DNA of 64,000 bases from an uncultured virus (IMG/VR IMGVR_UViG_3300044653_000122). Taxonomy: Duplodnaviria; Heunggongvirae; Uroviricota; Caudoviricetes. Below the pieces are notes generated by a model. That model saw only the letters and a list, made by a program, of their open reading frames with translations, was not told where the DNA came from and did not search any database. Below are positions 10,154-19,264 of the stretch, in pieces (the first letter of the stretch is position 1; each line of letters starts with the position of its first letter). The stretch lies in IMG/VR virus record IMGVR_UViG_3300044653_000122, one strand, 5' to 3'. The translations under genes were made by a program, and so were the position numbers.

Positions 10154-10756
10154 CTACACCAGAGCGGGGGATGGCCTCGGAGCCTGCCGAATCTGCGCGA
10201 CGGCCGCCTGAAACTGCGGATTGGTCATGGCCTCCGGGCGCTTCGCCCACAAATGGCGGAGGACATCCGCTCCCCCAAGTCCGGTGAGCCCGTGAAGAGT
10301 CAGGCAAGTGACCAGACCCGAACGGTTTTTGCCCATCCAACACGAAACGAAAACTTTGTGCCCCCTCAGGATCCGTTGAGCTACAAGCCCCGCAGTGCGA
10401 GAGGCCAGATTCAGAGCAGTGGTCGACGGAGGTCGCTCGAAGTCGTCATCGGCCGGCGCACGGATCAGCTCAACGCCTGGGTAGGGGTGAGTGCCGGGCT
10501 GATATCCCAGAACGTACGAGCAGATAGGGTCTGTCTGGTAGGGGGGCTGCCACTCCTCCGCGCAGAGAACGATAGTGTCAATTCCCGACTGCCGAAGGAG
10601 GGATCCACAGGGAGGGGCCCGTCCCTGGATGAGTCCTGGGACAATGAGCGACCCTTCAATCTGAGTGCGTTTGGGATTTTGCCTTAGAATGGCTCGAAGA
10701 ACCATCGGGCGCACTTCAGGCGGGTATGCCTTGAGGGCTATGTCGAGAGACGACAT
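10154..10756 (-). CDS. Dual-specificity/tyrosine phosphatase family protein
   Basis: CX5R active site VFVSCWMGKNRSG, with a general-acid PADD upstream. Confidence 0.85.
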   Translation of the reverse strand: MSSLDIALKAYPPEVRPMVLRAILRQNPKRTQIEGSLIVPGLIQGRAPPCGSLLRQSGIDTIVLCAEEWQPPYQTDPICSYVLGYQPGTHPYPGVELIRAPADDDFERPPSTTALNLASRTAGLVAQRILRGHKVFVSCWMGKNRSGLVTCLTLHGLTGLGGADVLRHLWAKRPEAMTNPQFQAAVAQIRQAPRPSPALV

Positions 10757-10780
10757 GAGATGTAAGGGGTACGCGATCTT

Positions 10781-10999
10781 TCAGCGAGAGCCGGTCTTGA
10801 CCTCAGGTACCTTTTCCGACTCGGCCATGAGGGCCCTCAGGGCATCGATGTTTGGGAGAGGGCCGGGACGAACGGCCCGGTATTCCCCGGAGCCAGTGCG
10901 CGGATCCTTGACCACACAAGAGTAGAACTGTTCGGTCAAGACCACCGTCTCACGTGCCTCTGCTGCCAATGCCCGCATCGACTCGGTGTCCGTTGTCAT
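10781..10999 (-). CDS. Hypothetical protein
   Basis: Compact ORF in a minus-strand gene run. Confidence 0.55.
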   Translation of the reverse strand: MTTDTESMRALAAEARETVVLTEQFYSCVVKDPRTGSGEYRAVRPGPLPNIDALRALMAESEKVPEVKTGSR

Positions 11000-11008
11000 A
11001 GGCCCTTT

Positions 11009-11596
11009 TCATCCTCCTGGACGCTTCTTCGTTTCGGTAAGTGTGTTTGTTGGGTCCGTGTAGCCCATGGCTGCGAGGACCCCACGAAGAAGACCGTTGG
11101 CGGTTGCAAGCTGCTCGCGAATAGAAGCTACTTCTTCCGAGCGCTGGCGTGCATCCCGCTCATAGTCGGCGGTGGGGAGAAAATTGGTGTTTAGTCGACG
11201 TTCGAGGGCGTCAACCTTTTCCTCGACCGCACGGATGTTGCTGGCGGTCAACCGAGCCCGTTGCTCAATCATCCGTTCGAGTTCTGCCTGGTTCTCCAGG
11301 CTAACTGAGCTGTTCCGGGCGGCTTTGTTGATGAGACGTAGAAGCCACTCGGGAGGATCGTCCTCCCAGGCACCCATCTCCTTCTTCAACTTCCGGGTGG
11401 TTTCGTCGAGACGTTCTACCACCAGGTAGAGGCCAGTCTTCGGATCCCCGTCCGCGCCGTCCTCGCCAAGGCCTTCTTCCAGCTTGGTCAGGCGCTTCTT
11501 GATGTCGCGGAAGACTGCGGCGAAAGCGGTCCCCGCACTGGCACCCCCCGACAGGATGCCTGAGATGATGGTCTGAAGAAGCGCGGTGTCGGCCAT
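11009..11596 (-). CDS. Membrane-anchored coiled-coil protein
   Basis: N-terminal hydrophobic helix followed by heptad-rich segments. Confidence 0.7.
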   Translation of the reverse strand: MADTALLQTIISGILSGGASAGTAFAAVFRDIKKRLTKLEEGLGEDGADGDPKTGLYLVVERLDETTRKLKKEMGAWEDDPPEWLLRLINKAARNSSVSLENQAELERMIEQRARLTASNIRAVEEKVDALERRLNTNFLPTADYERDARQRSEEVASIREQLATANGLLRGVLAAMGYTDPTNTLTETKKRPGG

Positions 11597-11629
11597 ACGC
11601 TTAACCTAGCGCGGCCGATAAGCGGAAAA

Positions 11630-12166
11630 CTAGGCCTTCTCGAAACAGGCGAGGCAACGGGGCTCGTAGGCCTCAGCACCCCCGATCAGGATAGGCCCGA
11701 CGGTGGTTGACGTGCGGAAGCTACGGGTCGCAGGATCTCCACATTTTGCACAAATTGCCCTCAGTTTGACGACGTCGTCGGCATAACAGAGCAATTCCGG
11801 CATCACTCCGAAGGGAGTGTCGAGGTAGGTGAGGTCGAGTCCGGACACAACCACATCGAGTCCGCGACGCAGTGAGACCTGGATCCTCTTCACGACCCAT
11901 TCCCCAAAGAACTGAACCTCATCAATCCCGATGACATCGGTTACGGGAGGCCCCAGATCGGCGGGCGTCTCAACATGAATGGCGGTGGCGGGGAAGGTCT
12001 GCTTTGAGTGCGACGCGATCGAGCTGTCGGAGTATCGGTTATCGATCAGAGGCTTGAAGGCGACGACAACCTTGCCGGCGGCTGCCCGGGAGGTGAGGTC
12101 ATGGATGAGGCGCTCGGTCTTCCCCGAGAACATCGGACCCGTGAAAACCTTGAGTTTTCCTCGCAC
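11630..12166 (-). CDS. tdk: Thymidine kinase
   Basis: GPMFSGKT Walker A, IDEVQFF, GLD, lasso Zn motifs CAKC and YEPRCLAC. Confidence 0.95.
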   Translation of the reverse strand: MRGKLKVFTGPMFSGKTERLIHDLTSRAAAGKVVVAFKPLIDNRYSDSSIASHSKQTFPATAIHVETPADLGPPVTDVIGIDEVQFFGEWVVKRIQVSLRRGLDVVVSGLDLTYLDTPFGVMPELLCYADDVVKLRAICAKCGDPATRSFRTSTTVGPILIGGAEAYEPRCLACFEKA

Positions 12167-12239
12167 GGGCCGCGAGCCTACACCAAGTCGTCCGCTAAGT
12201 CGATAATCTTCCGATGAGCTACGCTAAGTGTAGGAGTCG

Positions 12240-12875
12240 ATGAAGCGCTCTCGGATCCTGTACCTCCACCCGAAGACCAACGAGGGGAAGATCCGTGCGC
12301 TTGAAGCTCTCAACGTCGAGTACCGAAGGTATCTCCAGAGCTAGAGGACAAGCTCTCGGGCCTCGTGAAAACGGCAGCGGGAAACGCGGCCAACAAGCTC
12401 GTCCAGCGTTATCCGGGACACACCTTCGTCGTCGAGGATCTGGACCTCCGAGGGTGTCGTGGACAGAAGCGGTTCGCCTACCGAGCCCTTCATCGATCGT
12501 TGGAGCGGAAGGCGCCGACGCTCAAGGTCAACCCCGCGTTCAGCTCTCAGATGTGCCCGAGCTGTGGGTACACCTCCCGGAGGAACCGATCAGGGACGAA
12601 GTTTCAATGCCGTTCATGCGGCAGGATTTCACACGCGGACGTGGTAGGAGGGAAGAACTTGCTCGGACGTTCCGAGGACCAACAAGTTCAACTCGACGAT
12701 CATCCGTCCGAAGTGAGAGCACTCCTGAGAGAGCGATACCGTGCACGACGGCGGGACAGTTCCTCAAGAGAGCATGATGTAACCGCGCTCGTAGCTTCGA
12801 GCCGGAGGCTTACTACCAAGATCATTCTTGGCACAGCCTCAAATGCCGAAGGAAAGTCCCTCTAAGGACTTTTCA
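12240..12875 (+). mobile_element. tnpB: Internally deleted TnpB (IS200/IS605 or IS607 family) remnant with a putative right end
   Basis: A 34 aa N-terminal fragment (12240-12344, MKRSRILYLHPKTNEGK...) is followed, in another frame, by RuvC-II VVEDL, VNPAFSSQMCPSCG, FQCRSCG and RuvC-III HADVVGGKNL. RuvC-I and the middle of the protein are missing. Terminal hairpin 12851-12874 ends in TTCA. Confidence 0.8.
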
Positions 12876-13445
12876 GGCAAAGCCCAAGTCGTCCTCCTCT
12901 GCTCCGTCAAACATCGCCGCAAGGGCGTCGACCTCGTTTTGAGGCACGACCGGGAGCGGAGGGGGAGGCGGGATCACCGTGATCTGTGCAATGAGGGCAG
13001 GAGCCGACGAAGGCAGCTCATGTGTAATGGGTGGCTCATGTGTAACCTGCACATGAGGTGGGGTTGCCGGAATGGGAACGGGGTGCTTCTTCTTGGGGTT
13101 GGCGGATCCAGTTCTCCGAAGCAGCTCATCTCGACAAGCGAGGTCGAGGGCTACGAGAGAATTCGCCCATGCATGAGCCAGGAAAGCCTCAGGAGCGCGG
13201 AGTAGTTGGGTCTCCAAGAGACGGTGAACTTCTGCACGCTCCTCTGGAGTGGTTGATTTGGTGAACCCCAGACTGCGGTTCCATGGTTGTCGCAGCGAAG
13301 GGACCCGGTGGATGGCCGTGATTGCTTTTCGTCGGGCGTCTCTGCTTGTAGCCATGACTTTTGCACGAAACGCTGCCAGCTCCTCATTCGACAGAGCACC
13401 GAGATCAGGCAGTTCAAAGGGCATTGTCACGTGGTCGTCAGACAC
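12873..13445 (-). CDS. Hypothetical protein with Pro-rich C-terminus
   Basis: GTG 9 nt after the TGTAA of a GGTGTA motif. Confidence 0.6.
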   Translation of the reverse strand: MSDDHVTMPFELPDLGALSNEELAAFRAKVMATSRDARRKAITAIHRVPSLRQPWNRSLGFTKSTTPEERAEVHRLLETQLLRAPEAFLAHAWANSLVALDLACRDELLRRTGSANPKKKHPVPIPATPPHVQVTHEPPITHELPSSAPALIAQITVIPPPPPLPVVPQNEVDALAAMFDGAEEDDLGFA

Positions 13446-13525
13446 ACACCACCCTTACACCATCCCTACATCCCTACAGCAGAGAAACTATTTGTGCGCG
13501 CCCCCTCGCAAGAGGAGTCGTACAC

Positions 13526-14530
13526 ATGCCGCTCAAAACCATCTACGCACCGCATCTGGGTCACACCGTCAAGATGGGCCGCAAACGGCCCATCAAGGGA
13601 CCGAGGCTGCACCTCAAGAACTACCTGGTGCAGGCCGTTCCGCCCCCGCCCACACTCGTGGACTACAGCAAACAGGCGCTGTCCGCCCTGGGACTGGTCT
13701 ACCTCAACGATCAGTTGGGGGATTGTGTGATTGCGGGCGGCTACCACGTCGTCGGTGTGGAGACAGGCAACGCGGACGGGGGGAAGCCCTTCATCGCGAC
13801 GGATGCGCAGATCACGGCTGACTACTCAGCCATCGGTGACTATGTCCCCGGGGATCCCAGCACGGACAACGGCTGCGACGAGCAAACCGCCCTGAACTAC
13901 TGGACTCAGACCGGGTTCTGCAATGGCACGAAGCTCGTGGGCTGGCTGGCGGTAGATGCCACCAACCAGACCGAGGTCATGCAGGCATGCTACCTCTTCG
14001 AGAATCTGTACTTCGGCCTGGAGCTGCCAGATGCCTGGGTCAACCCGTTCCCCTCGGCGAGCGGATTCCTCTGGGACGACGGCACCCCGGACCCCAACAA
14101 CGGCCACTGCGTGATGGGTGTAGGGTACAATTCGTCGGGCGTGCAGATCGACTCCTGGGGTCTCATCGGCACCCTGACCTGGAAGGCCGTCGCACACTTG
14201 GCCTCGCAGGCCGGCGGTGGTGAGTTGTACGTGATGCTCACCCCTGACCAGCTCGCGAAGGGTGCCGCCAAGGCCCCCAACGGGATGGCGTGGCAAGACC
14301 TGCTCTCGGACTTCCAAGCGATGGGCGGCAACGTTCCCAATCCGAAGCCCGCACCCAGCCCGTCTCCACAACCCCCGCCCAGCCCGTCTCCGGCCCCCGC
14401 ACCTTCACCTTCTCCGGCGCCCACTCCGTCGTCGAGCGTGACGTTGGACCAGGCAGCCACGTGGGCGGTTCAGGGTCTCATCGCCAACTGGCCTTGCGCC
14501 AACTGCGGCAAGCCCGTGGGTGGTGGCTGA
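13526..14530 (+). CDS. Papain-like (C1-type) cysteine peptidase with a Pro/Ser-rich linker
   Basis: NDQLGDCV (catalytic Cys), DNGC, GHCVMGVGY (His), IDSWG; AGGAG SD; PAPSPSP repeats. Confidence 0.7.
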   Translation: MPLKTIYAPHLGHTVKMGRKRPIKGPRLHLKNYLVQAVPPPPTLVDYSKQALSALGLVYLNDQLGDCVIAGGYHVVGVETGNADGGKPFIATDAQITADYSAIGDYVPGDPSTDNGCDEQTALNYWTQTGFCNGTKLVGWLAVDATNQTEVMQACYLFENLYFGLELPDAWVNPFPSASGFLWDDGTPDPNNGHCVMGVGYNSSGVQIDSWGLIGTLTWKAVAHLASQAGGGELYVMLTPDQLAKGAAKAPNGMAWQDLLSDFQAMGGNVPNPKPAPSPSPQPPPSPSPAPAPSPSPAPTPSSSVTLDQAATWAVQGLIANWPCANCGKPVGGG

Positions 14531-15366
14531 CCACTGAGTACCTCGTAGAGCCGGCGGTAAAGCACCTCGTGCCGGTTGCCTGATTTCCCCGCCATCTGAC
14601 CGTCGTTCAACTCCACGACCCACCATCGACCGGCCGTATCCTGGCCCACATCGATCGTGTAGTACGTAGCGTGATCCCCCACGCGAGCGACAACCTCCTG
14701 GAGGAATTCGACTGGGACCTCACCAGCAGCGGGTTCTTTCCAGGTAGGGTCTTGATCTAGGCACATGTCTCCCCAGCTAGACCAGTAGAAGGCCCCACAT
14801 AGCACCTGCTGTTTCGCGACGAAGAAGCGGAACTCTTTGGTAATCGGGAGGCCCCCGATGCCACGAGCGTACGTCACAAACGGTACGTACTTGCGGATGT
14901 AGATGTCTTGATGACTCTCCCCGGCCTGTCCCAGCAGGCCATCAGCAAGGAGGCGTTCGTAAACCTCGGGGACGTCAGCCTGAGTTGCTGCGAACATGTG
15001 GGTCCGCCAGCGGTCCTTGCGAGAGTTCGTCCGTCCCTTCAGTACAAAAGATCCCTCGTGACTTTCTCTCAGAAAGTCTTGAAGGTGGTACCATGTTCTG
15101 GGGGTGAGATTGCTGAGGTGCTCCGCCCAGTTCCTCATGTCGGCGATGTAGGAGTGCTCTCGCACGCCATTGATGAGCCGTGCTCCCGTGAACTCGATGT
15201 CCGAAGCGGTCTCCCGAAAGTAGGGTAGGACAGAGTAGCACCCAACGACCAAATCGTTTTCTACGATTTGCATGCGAGACGGCACACAGTGAAAGCCGGC
15301 GTTTTGAGCCGCTTCCAGCTCACCTCCCTCCATGCTGGCTGCTCGGTAAAACAAGACGATTCTCAT
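14470..15366 (-). CDS. ATP-grasp domain protein (DUF4343/R2K-like)
   Basis: FVLKG, EFRFFV, YTIDVG and WWVVELNDGQMAG. Confidence 0.8.
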   Translation of the reverse strand: MRIVLFYRAASMEGGELEAAQNAGFHCVPSRMQIVENDLVVGCYSVLPYFRETASDIEFTGARLINGVREHSYIADMRNWAEHLSNLTPRTWYHLQDFLRESHEGSFVLKGRTNSRKDRWRTHMFAATQADVPEVYERLLADGLLGQAGESHQDIYIRKYVPFVTYARGIGGLPITKEFRFFVAKQQVLCGAFYWSSWGDMCLDQDPTWKEPAAGEVPVEFLQEVVARVGDHATYYTIDVGQDTAGRWWVVELNDGQMAGKSGNRHEVLYRRLYEVLSGQPPPTGLPQLAQGQLAMRP

Positions 15367-15387
15367 TTAGGGGGTATCCTTACTGTC

Positions 15388-15744
15388 ATGAACCGAACCC
15401 AACTCGCTACTGCGGTGTCGCAGCTACGGGAGATCGAGAAGGTGGCCCGTCAGATCGCCAAACTTCTCTCAGAGCCCGACGCGGACTACTATGCGAAGCG
15501 TGTTCTCAAGCTCGTCGAGTCTGTGGTGGAGAACTCCGAGGAGGCCGCGGGGCTCCTCAAACTAGCTCATGCTGGATCAGTCCCAGATGGGCAAAAAGGT
15601 CCCGGTTATAGCTCCGGAACGAGCAAGAAGTCTGGAGCAAATTTTCCGGCGAAACCCATTGGACAGTCACGCCCTTCTCCTTCTCGAACGACAGGCCGGA
15701 TGGCCCGCCCCACTCACCCGACCATTCGTACACGAGGAAAGTGA
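15388..15744 (+). CDS. Hypothetical helical protein (3' end overlaps the Nudix gene)
   Basis: TATCCT 7 nt upstream of the ATG; amphipathic helices in the first ~60 aa. Confidence 0.5.
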   Translation: MNRTQLATAVSQLREIEKVARQIAKLLSEPDADYYAKRVLKLVESVVENSEEAAGLLKLAHAGSVPDGQKGPGYSSGTSKKSGANFPAKPIGQSRPSPSRTTGRMARPTHPTIRTRGK

Positions 15745-16276
15745 CGAACCAGAAGCCGTGGCCATCAGGCGCGGCGAAGAGGCGGTGGTATCTGGTGGCC
15801 GTGATGCCGGTCTCTTCCTGAAGTTCTCGTACCAGAGCTTGGGCTTCGGTCTCACCAGGGTCTACCTTGCCCCCTGGCAGACCCAGATCACTGGGAATCC
15901 CTCGGCGTGAAGCGGCCAGCACGTGCCCGTCGGCCCGGATGAGGAGCGCTCCGACCCCTACACGGAGAGGCTTTTCGGCTTCGTTGAAGTCCCCAGCGAG
16001 CTTGTTCCTGGCCGGCGTCACCCCGTGCCTTCCGGGGAAGTTCACTGCCCGGTGCACTGGGCAGATGCAGTCGGCCATGCGGTTCGCCAGCTCAGGGGGG
16101 ATGGCGCGCACCTCACAGCCACGCCCATTGAATCGCCCGTAGAGGTCGAGCCATTTTTCGACCTCGGCCTTGCTTGGGTCGTGAACGATGACTCCGATGT
16201 ACTCGCCGGAGTGGCTGATGGTCCGGCTAACGAAAGCGTTCCACATGAGATCGTAGATGCCCCACAAATCGCTCAT
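15557..16276 (-). CDS. Nudix hydrolase with an N-terminal extension
   Basis: Nudix box GGKVDPGETEAQALVRELQEETGI. Confidence 0.9.
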   Translation of the reverse strand: MSDLWGIYDLMWNAFVSRTISHSGEYIGVIVHDPSKAEVEKWLDLYGRFNGRGCEVRAIPPELANRMADCICPVHRAVNFPGRHGVTPARNKLAGDFNEAEKPLRVGVGALLIRADGHVLAASRRGIPSDLGLPGGKVDPGETEAQALVRELQEETGITATRYHRLFAAPDGHGFWFVTFLVYEWSGEWGGPSGLSFEKEKGVTVQWVSPENLLQTSCSFRSYNRDLFAHLGLIQHELV

Positions 16277-16423
16277 GTTTTCCCTTCCTTCAAACACTGC
16301 ACACACCGACGATGGTATGCGTTTGTTGGGCCCATGTGGTCGTTGCAGCGTCGGATCTTGTGCCCGCACTCCAACGTCTCGATGTAGAGGTCGAGTGGAT
16401 GCTCCAAACCAACGTCCGAGGGC

Positions 16424-17038
16424 TCACGAAGAGGTGTGGGGGGTCACAGGAGGGGGGAGCCGTGCGTTCCCGTGGACAGCACGTTCTTCTGATACGAAGC
16501 CTGAACGGTCGTCGCCAGATAGCAGATGCTCGAAGAGAGGAGAGGTGAACGGGGGCCAAGGGACGGTATGACCCTCCAACGAAACCGAGGGGATTGCCGG
16601 GTCGAGAACGTACTTTCCCTTGGCCGCAGGGAAGAGAAATGCAATCTCGCCCGAAGGGCTTACCCAGAGAGCCACCACGACATAGAGCGTCCAAGTGGAA
16701 TCTCCAATCCGGTAGTAGCGAGTCTTCTTGACCTGGGCGACGTGTTGGGCGTGTAGGATCGCCTGCTGGATGGCTCCTCGATCGAAGGGGTCTCGGGACC
16801 AGGGGGTCCCGATGGCTGCTACGACTCGGGCAATGGCCCAGCGCACATCCTGGTCCTCTCCCCCACACAAGGGAAAGAGTGGGGCCACAAGTTGAATGAG
16901 ACCTGGGGCATCGTCGCCGAAAGCTGCGAGAGACGTCTGGAGGTGAGTCGCTTGGGCCCCTCCGCGCTCACCACTCACCAAGGTCGTCAGACTGTGGACG
17001 AGATCCAACAGGGCCGAGTTGCTTGCCACGTTGATCAT
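16424..17038 (-). CDS. Hypothetical protein
   Basis: Long ORF behind a GGTGTA motif; true start may be GTG 17029. Confidence 0.6.
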   Translation of the reverse strand: MINVASNSALLDLVHSLTTLVSGERGGAQATHLQTSLAAFGDDAPGLIQLVAPLFPLCGGEDQDVRWAIARVVAAIGTPWSRDPFDRGAIQQAILHAQHVAQVKKTRYYRIGDSTWTLYVVVALWVSPSGEIAFLFPAAKGKYVLDPAIPSVSLEGHTVPWPPFTSPLFEHLLSGDDRSGFVSEERAVHGNARLPPPVTPHTSS

Positions 17039-17082
17039 TACACCGATGGGGCAAGTCTCAGGCAGAGTTTGCTCTCACACCT

Positions 17083-17460
17083 TCACGCCCAGTAGATAGA
17101 GGTCGCCCCCATCTCGGTGACGACGTTGAGGAACCGCTCGAACATGTCGAGGCGGATCTTGAGACCCCCCTCGTCGAGGCTCCCCTCGATGACCCGCGGC
17201 CGGCCGGGCCGCTTGGTGTCGGAGTCCGGGCGGGTGTGTTGGGGTGCCCGACGCTCGAAGGTCGCCCGAGCGAGGATGACCCCTCGGCGGGCCTCTGGCA
17301 TCGTGACCTCCCCGTGGCAGTAGTCCTCGCCCGGGGGCAGCCCGAGGAGTCTGAGAAGCGAGTACGCGCTGCCGAAGTTGAGATTGACGTACGCCGGGTG
17401 CTCGATGTCGAGCATGATGGGCTTGTCGTCCTGCTTCTTGCCGTAGAACGAGATGCTCAC
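17083..17460 (-). CDS. Hypothetical protein
   Basis: GTGA overlap with the upstream gene; strong GC3 bias. Confidence 0.7.
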   Translation of the reverse strand: MSISFYGKKQDDKPIMLDIEHPAYVNLNFGSAYSLLRLLGLPPGEDYCHGEVTMPEARRGVILARATFERRAPQHTRPDSDTKRPGRPRVIEGSLDEGGLKIRLDMFERFLNVVTEMGATSIYWA

Positions 17461-17645
17461 GAGGTCACCTTGATGCAGTGAAGGAGGGTCCAGCGATCCT
17501 TGCCCATGTCTTCGAGCTTGAGTCCGGCCGTGAGCAGCGCATCCACGCCCCCAGCAGCCTCGACGATCACCTTCTCGATACCCCCACCCTGCGAGGGGGC
17601 GATCTGAACCGCGACCTCGAACTTCTCTTTCCTGAGCGTCGTCAT
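17457..17645 (-). CDS. Small hypothetical protein (predicted leaderless)
   Basis: ATG 7 nt after the class-1 motif. Confidence 0.7.
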   Translation of the reverse strand: MTTLRKEKFEVAVQIAPSQGGGIEKVIVEAAGGVDALLTAGLKLEDMGKDRWTLLHCIKVTS

Positions 17646-17652
17646 GTAGCTT

Positions 17653-17678
17653 CTACAACAGCTAGTGGGGCGGATCAA
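17653..17678 (-). promoter_or_regulatory. Class-1 motif TTGATC-N15-TGTAG
   Basis: ATG 7 nt downstream; back-to-back with the + copy at 17684. Confidence 0.8.
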
Positions 17679-17683
17679 AGACT

Positions 17684-17709
17684 TTGATCGGCCGGGCCGG
17701 TGTATGTAC
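17684..17709 (+). promoter_or_regulatory. Class-1 motif TTGATC-N15-TGTAC
   Basis: Divergent partner; the pair forms the inverted repeat GATCAAAG-A-CTTTGATC. Confidence 0.7.
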
Positions 17710-17739
17710 GTAGAGCGTCCCTGGGCCGGGACCACTAAT

Positions 17740-17768
17740 TTGACCTCCCGGCCACCATGTGCTACACT
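17740..17768 (+). promoter_or_regulatory. Canonical sigma70-type promoter of the GHKL operon
   Basis: TTGACC-N17-TACACT with extended TG; GGAGG SD 8 nt before ATG 17795. Confidence 0.75.
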
Positions 17769-17794
17769 GTATGACACACCGGGAGGTTGGGTAC

Positions 17795-19264
17795 ATGACG
17801 AAAGACGTGTCGTGGTTTACGGTGGACAAGCTGGGTTTGGCGAAGACCGTGCGGCGCCGCGGGTGCGCGTTCATCGGCTACGAGCTGGTGCAGAACTGCA
17901 TGGACACCGGCGCCAAGCGTATCGAGGTGGAGGTAACGCCCGTCCCTCGGTCTCCGAAAGTCTGCATCCGGGTGATGGACGACGACCCCGACGGGTTCAA
18001 GAACCTCTCCCACGCGTACACTCTGTTCGCCGAGAGCGACAAGAAGCGGGACGCAACGAAGCGCGGACGGTTCAACCTGGGGGAGAAGCTCGTGCTCTCC
18101 CTCTGCGAGAAGGCGCACATCGTCTCGACGAAGGGTTCGGTCGTCTTCGACGAGAAAGGACGCCGCGAGACACGCGACTACCAGGCCTACGGCACGACCT
18201 TCTCGGGCATCTTCCCCATGACGCGGGAGGAGGTGACGGAGATGATCGAGGCCCTCAAGCTCATCATCCCGACCGAGCAGTGCACGATCATCATCGACAA
18301 GGAGACTCTTCCCCAGCGCACAGCTCTCCACATCTTCTCGGCCACTCTCCCAACGGAGATCGCGAACGAAGAGGGATACCTCAAGCGCACGGAGCGCAAG
18401 ACGGATGTCCGTGTCTTCGAGCCCATCGTCCCAGGTCAGGCACGGCTCTACGAGCTGGGGATCCCGGTCGTGGAGATCGACCTCCCGTGGGACGTGGACA
18501 TTGGGCAGAAGATCCCCCTGAACACCGACCGAGATAACGTGATGCCCGTGACCCACAAGGCCATCTGCGTCGCCGTGGTCAACGCGATGCACAAGTACCT
18601 CAAGCCCGAGGAGGCCACGATCACCGGCGTTCAGGAAGCGCTCGCCGACAAGCGCATCGAGGAGGAGGCCGTCAAAACCATCCTCAACCACCAGCATGGC
18701 GAGAAGCGTGTGGTTCTTGATCCGCGCGATCCGGAGGCCAACGCCAGGGCTTTCCAGCAGGGTTTCACGGTCATCCGGGGCAATGCCTACTCGAAGGACC
18801 AGTGGGAGCAGATCCGTCGCGCCCAGGCAGCCCCCGCCTCGACGCATCTCTTCCCGACTCGGCAAATCTACTCGGATGATCCGAACGCGCCTCACGCCAA
18901 GACCATTCCCCAGGAGGACTGGACCCCTGGGATGAAGAACATCGCCGCCTACGCAACCGAGCTGGCGCGGAGGGTAATCCACAAGGCCATCAGCGTCCGG
19001 TTCGAGACTCGGTTCGGTGCTATCGACGCGGCCAACTACGGCAACGAGAGCCTCTGTTTCAACGTGAGCCGGCTGGGCTACGCTTGGTTCGACCAGGGGC
19101 CGACCGAGAAGGTGGACGAGCTGCTCATCCATGAGCTGGCCCACCAGTTCGGCACGCACCTCACCGACGAGTTCGACGATGGGCTGGCACGCATCGGCGC
19201 TCGGATGAAGACGCTGGCGCTCCAGGAGCCCGAGTTCTTCCGCAAGTACTTGAGGGACGCGTGA
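17795..19264 (+). CDS. GHKL (HATPase/MORC-like) ATPase with a C-terminal HEXXH motif
   Basis: YELVQNCMD N-box, DDDPDGF G1, RGRFNLGEK G2, GTT; C-terminal LLIHELAH. Confidence 0.75.
   Translation: MTKDVSWFTVDKLGLAKTVRRRGCAFIGYELVQNCMDTGAKRIEVEVTPVPRSPKVCIRVMDDDPDGFKNLSHAYTLFAESDKKRDATKRGRFNLGEKLVLSLCEKAHIVSTKGSVVFDEKGRRETRDYQAYGTTFSGIFPMTREEVTEMIEALKLIIPTEQCTIIIDKETLPQRTALHIFSATLPTEIANEEGYLKRTERKTDVRVFEPIVPGQARLYELGIPVVEIDLPWDVDIGQKIPLNTDRDNVMPVTHKAICVAVVNAMHKYLKPEEATITGVQEALADKRIEEEAVKTILNHQHGEKRVVLDPRDPEANARAFQQGFTVIRGNAYSKDQWEQIRRAQAAPASTHLFPTRQIYSDDPNAPHAKTIPQEDWTPGMKNIAAYATELARRVIHKAISVRFETRFGAIDAANYGNESLCFNVSRLGYAWFDQGPTEKVDELLIHELAHQFGTHLTDEFDDGLARIGARMKTLALQEPEFFRKYLRDA

Noticed and set aside
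12240..12865. Stop-codon read-through or recoding restoring TnpB
   Set aside because: The two fragments are in different frames and much of the protein is missing; other genes end normally at TAG, TGA and TAA.
14340..14430. CC-rich repetitive DNA
   Set aside because: Explained by the Pro/Ser/Ala linker of the peptidase.
17762..19159. Long antisense or alternative-frame ORFs (e.g. 17762..19159-, 40400..41431+, 57417..58691-, 60..1112-)
   Set aside because: Shadow ORFs expected from high GC3 bias opposite genes that have clear motifs or start signals.
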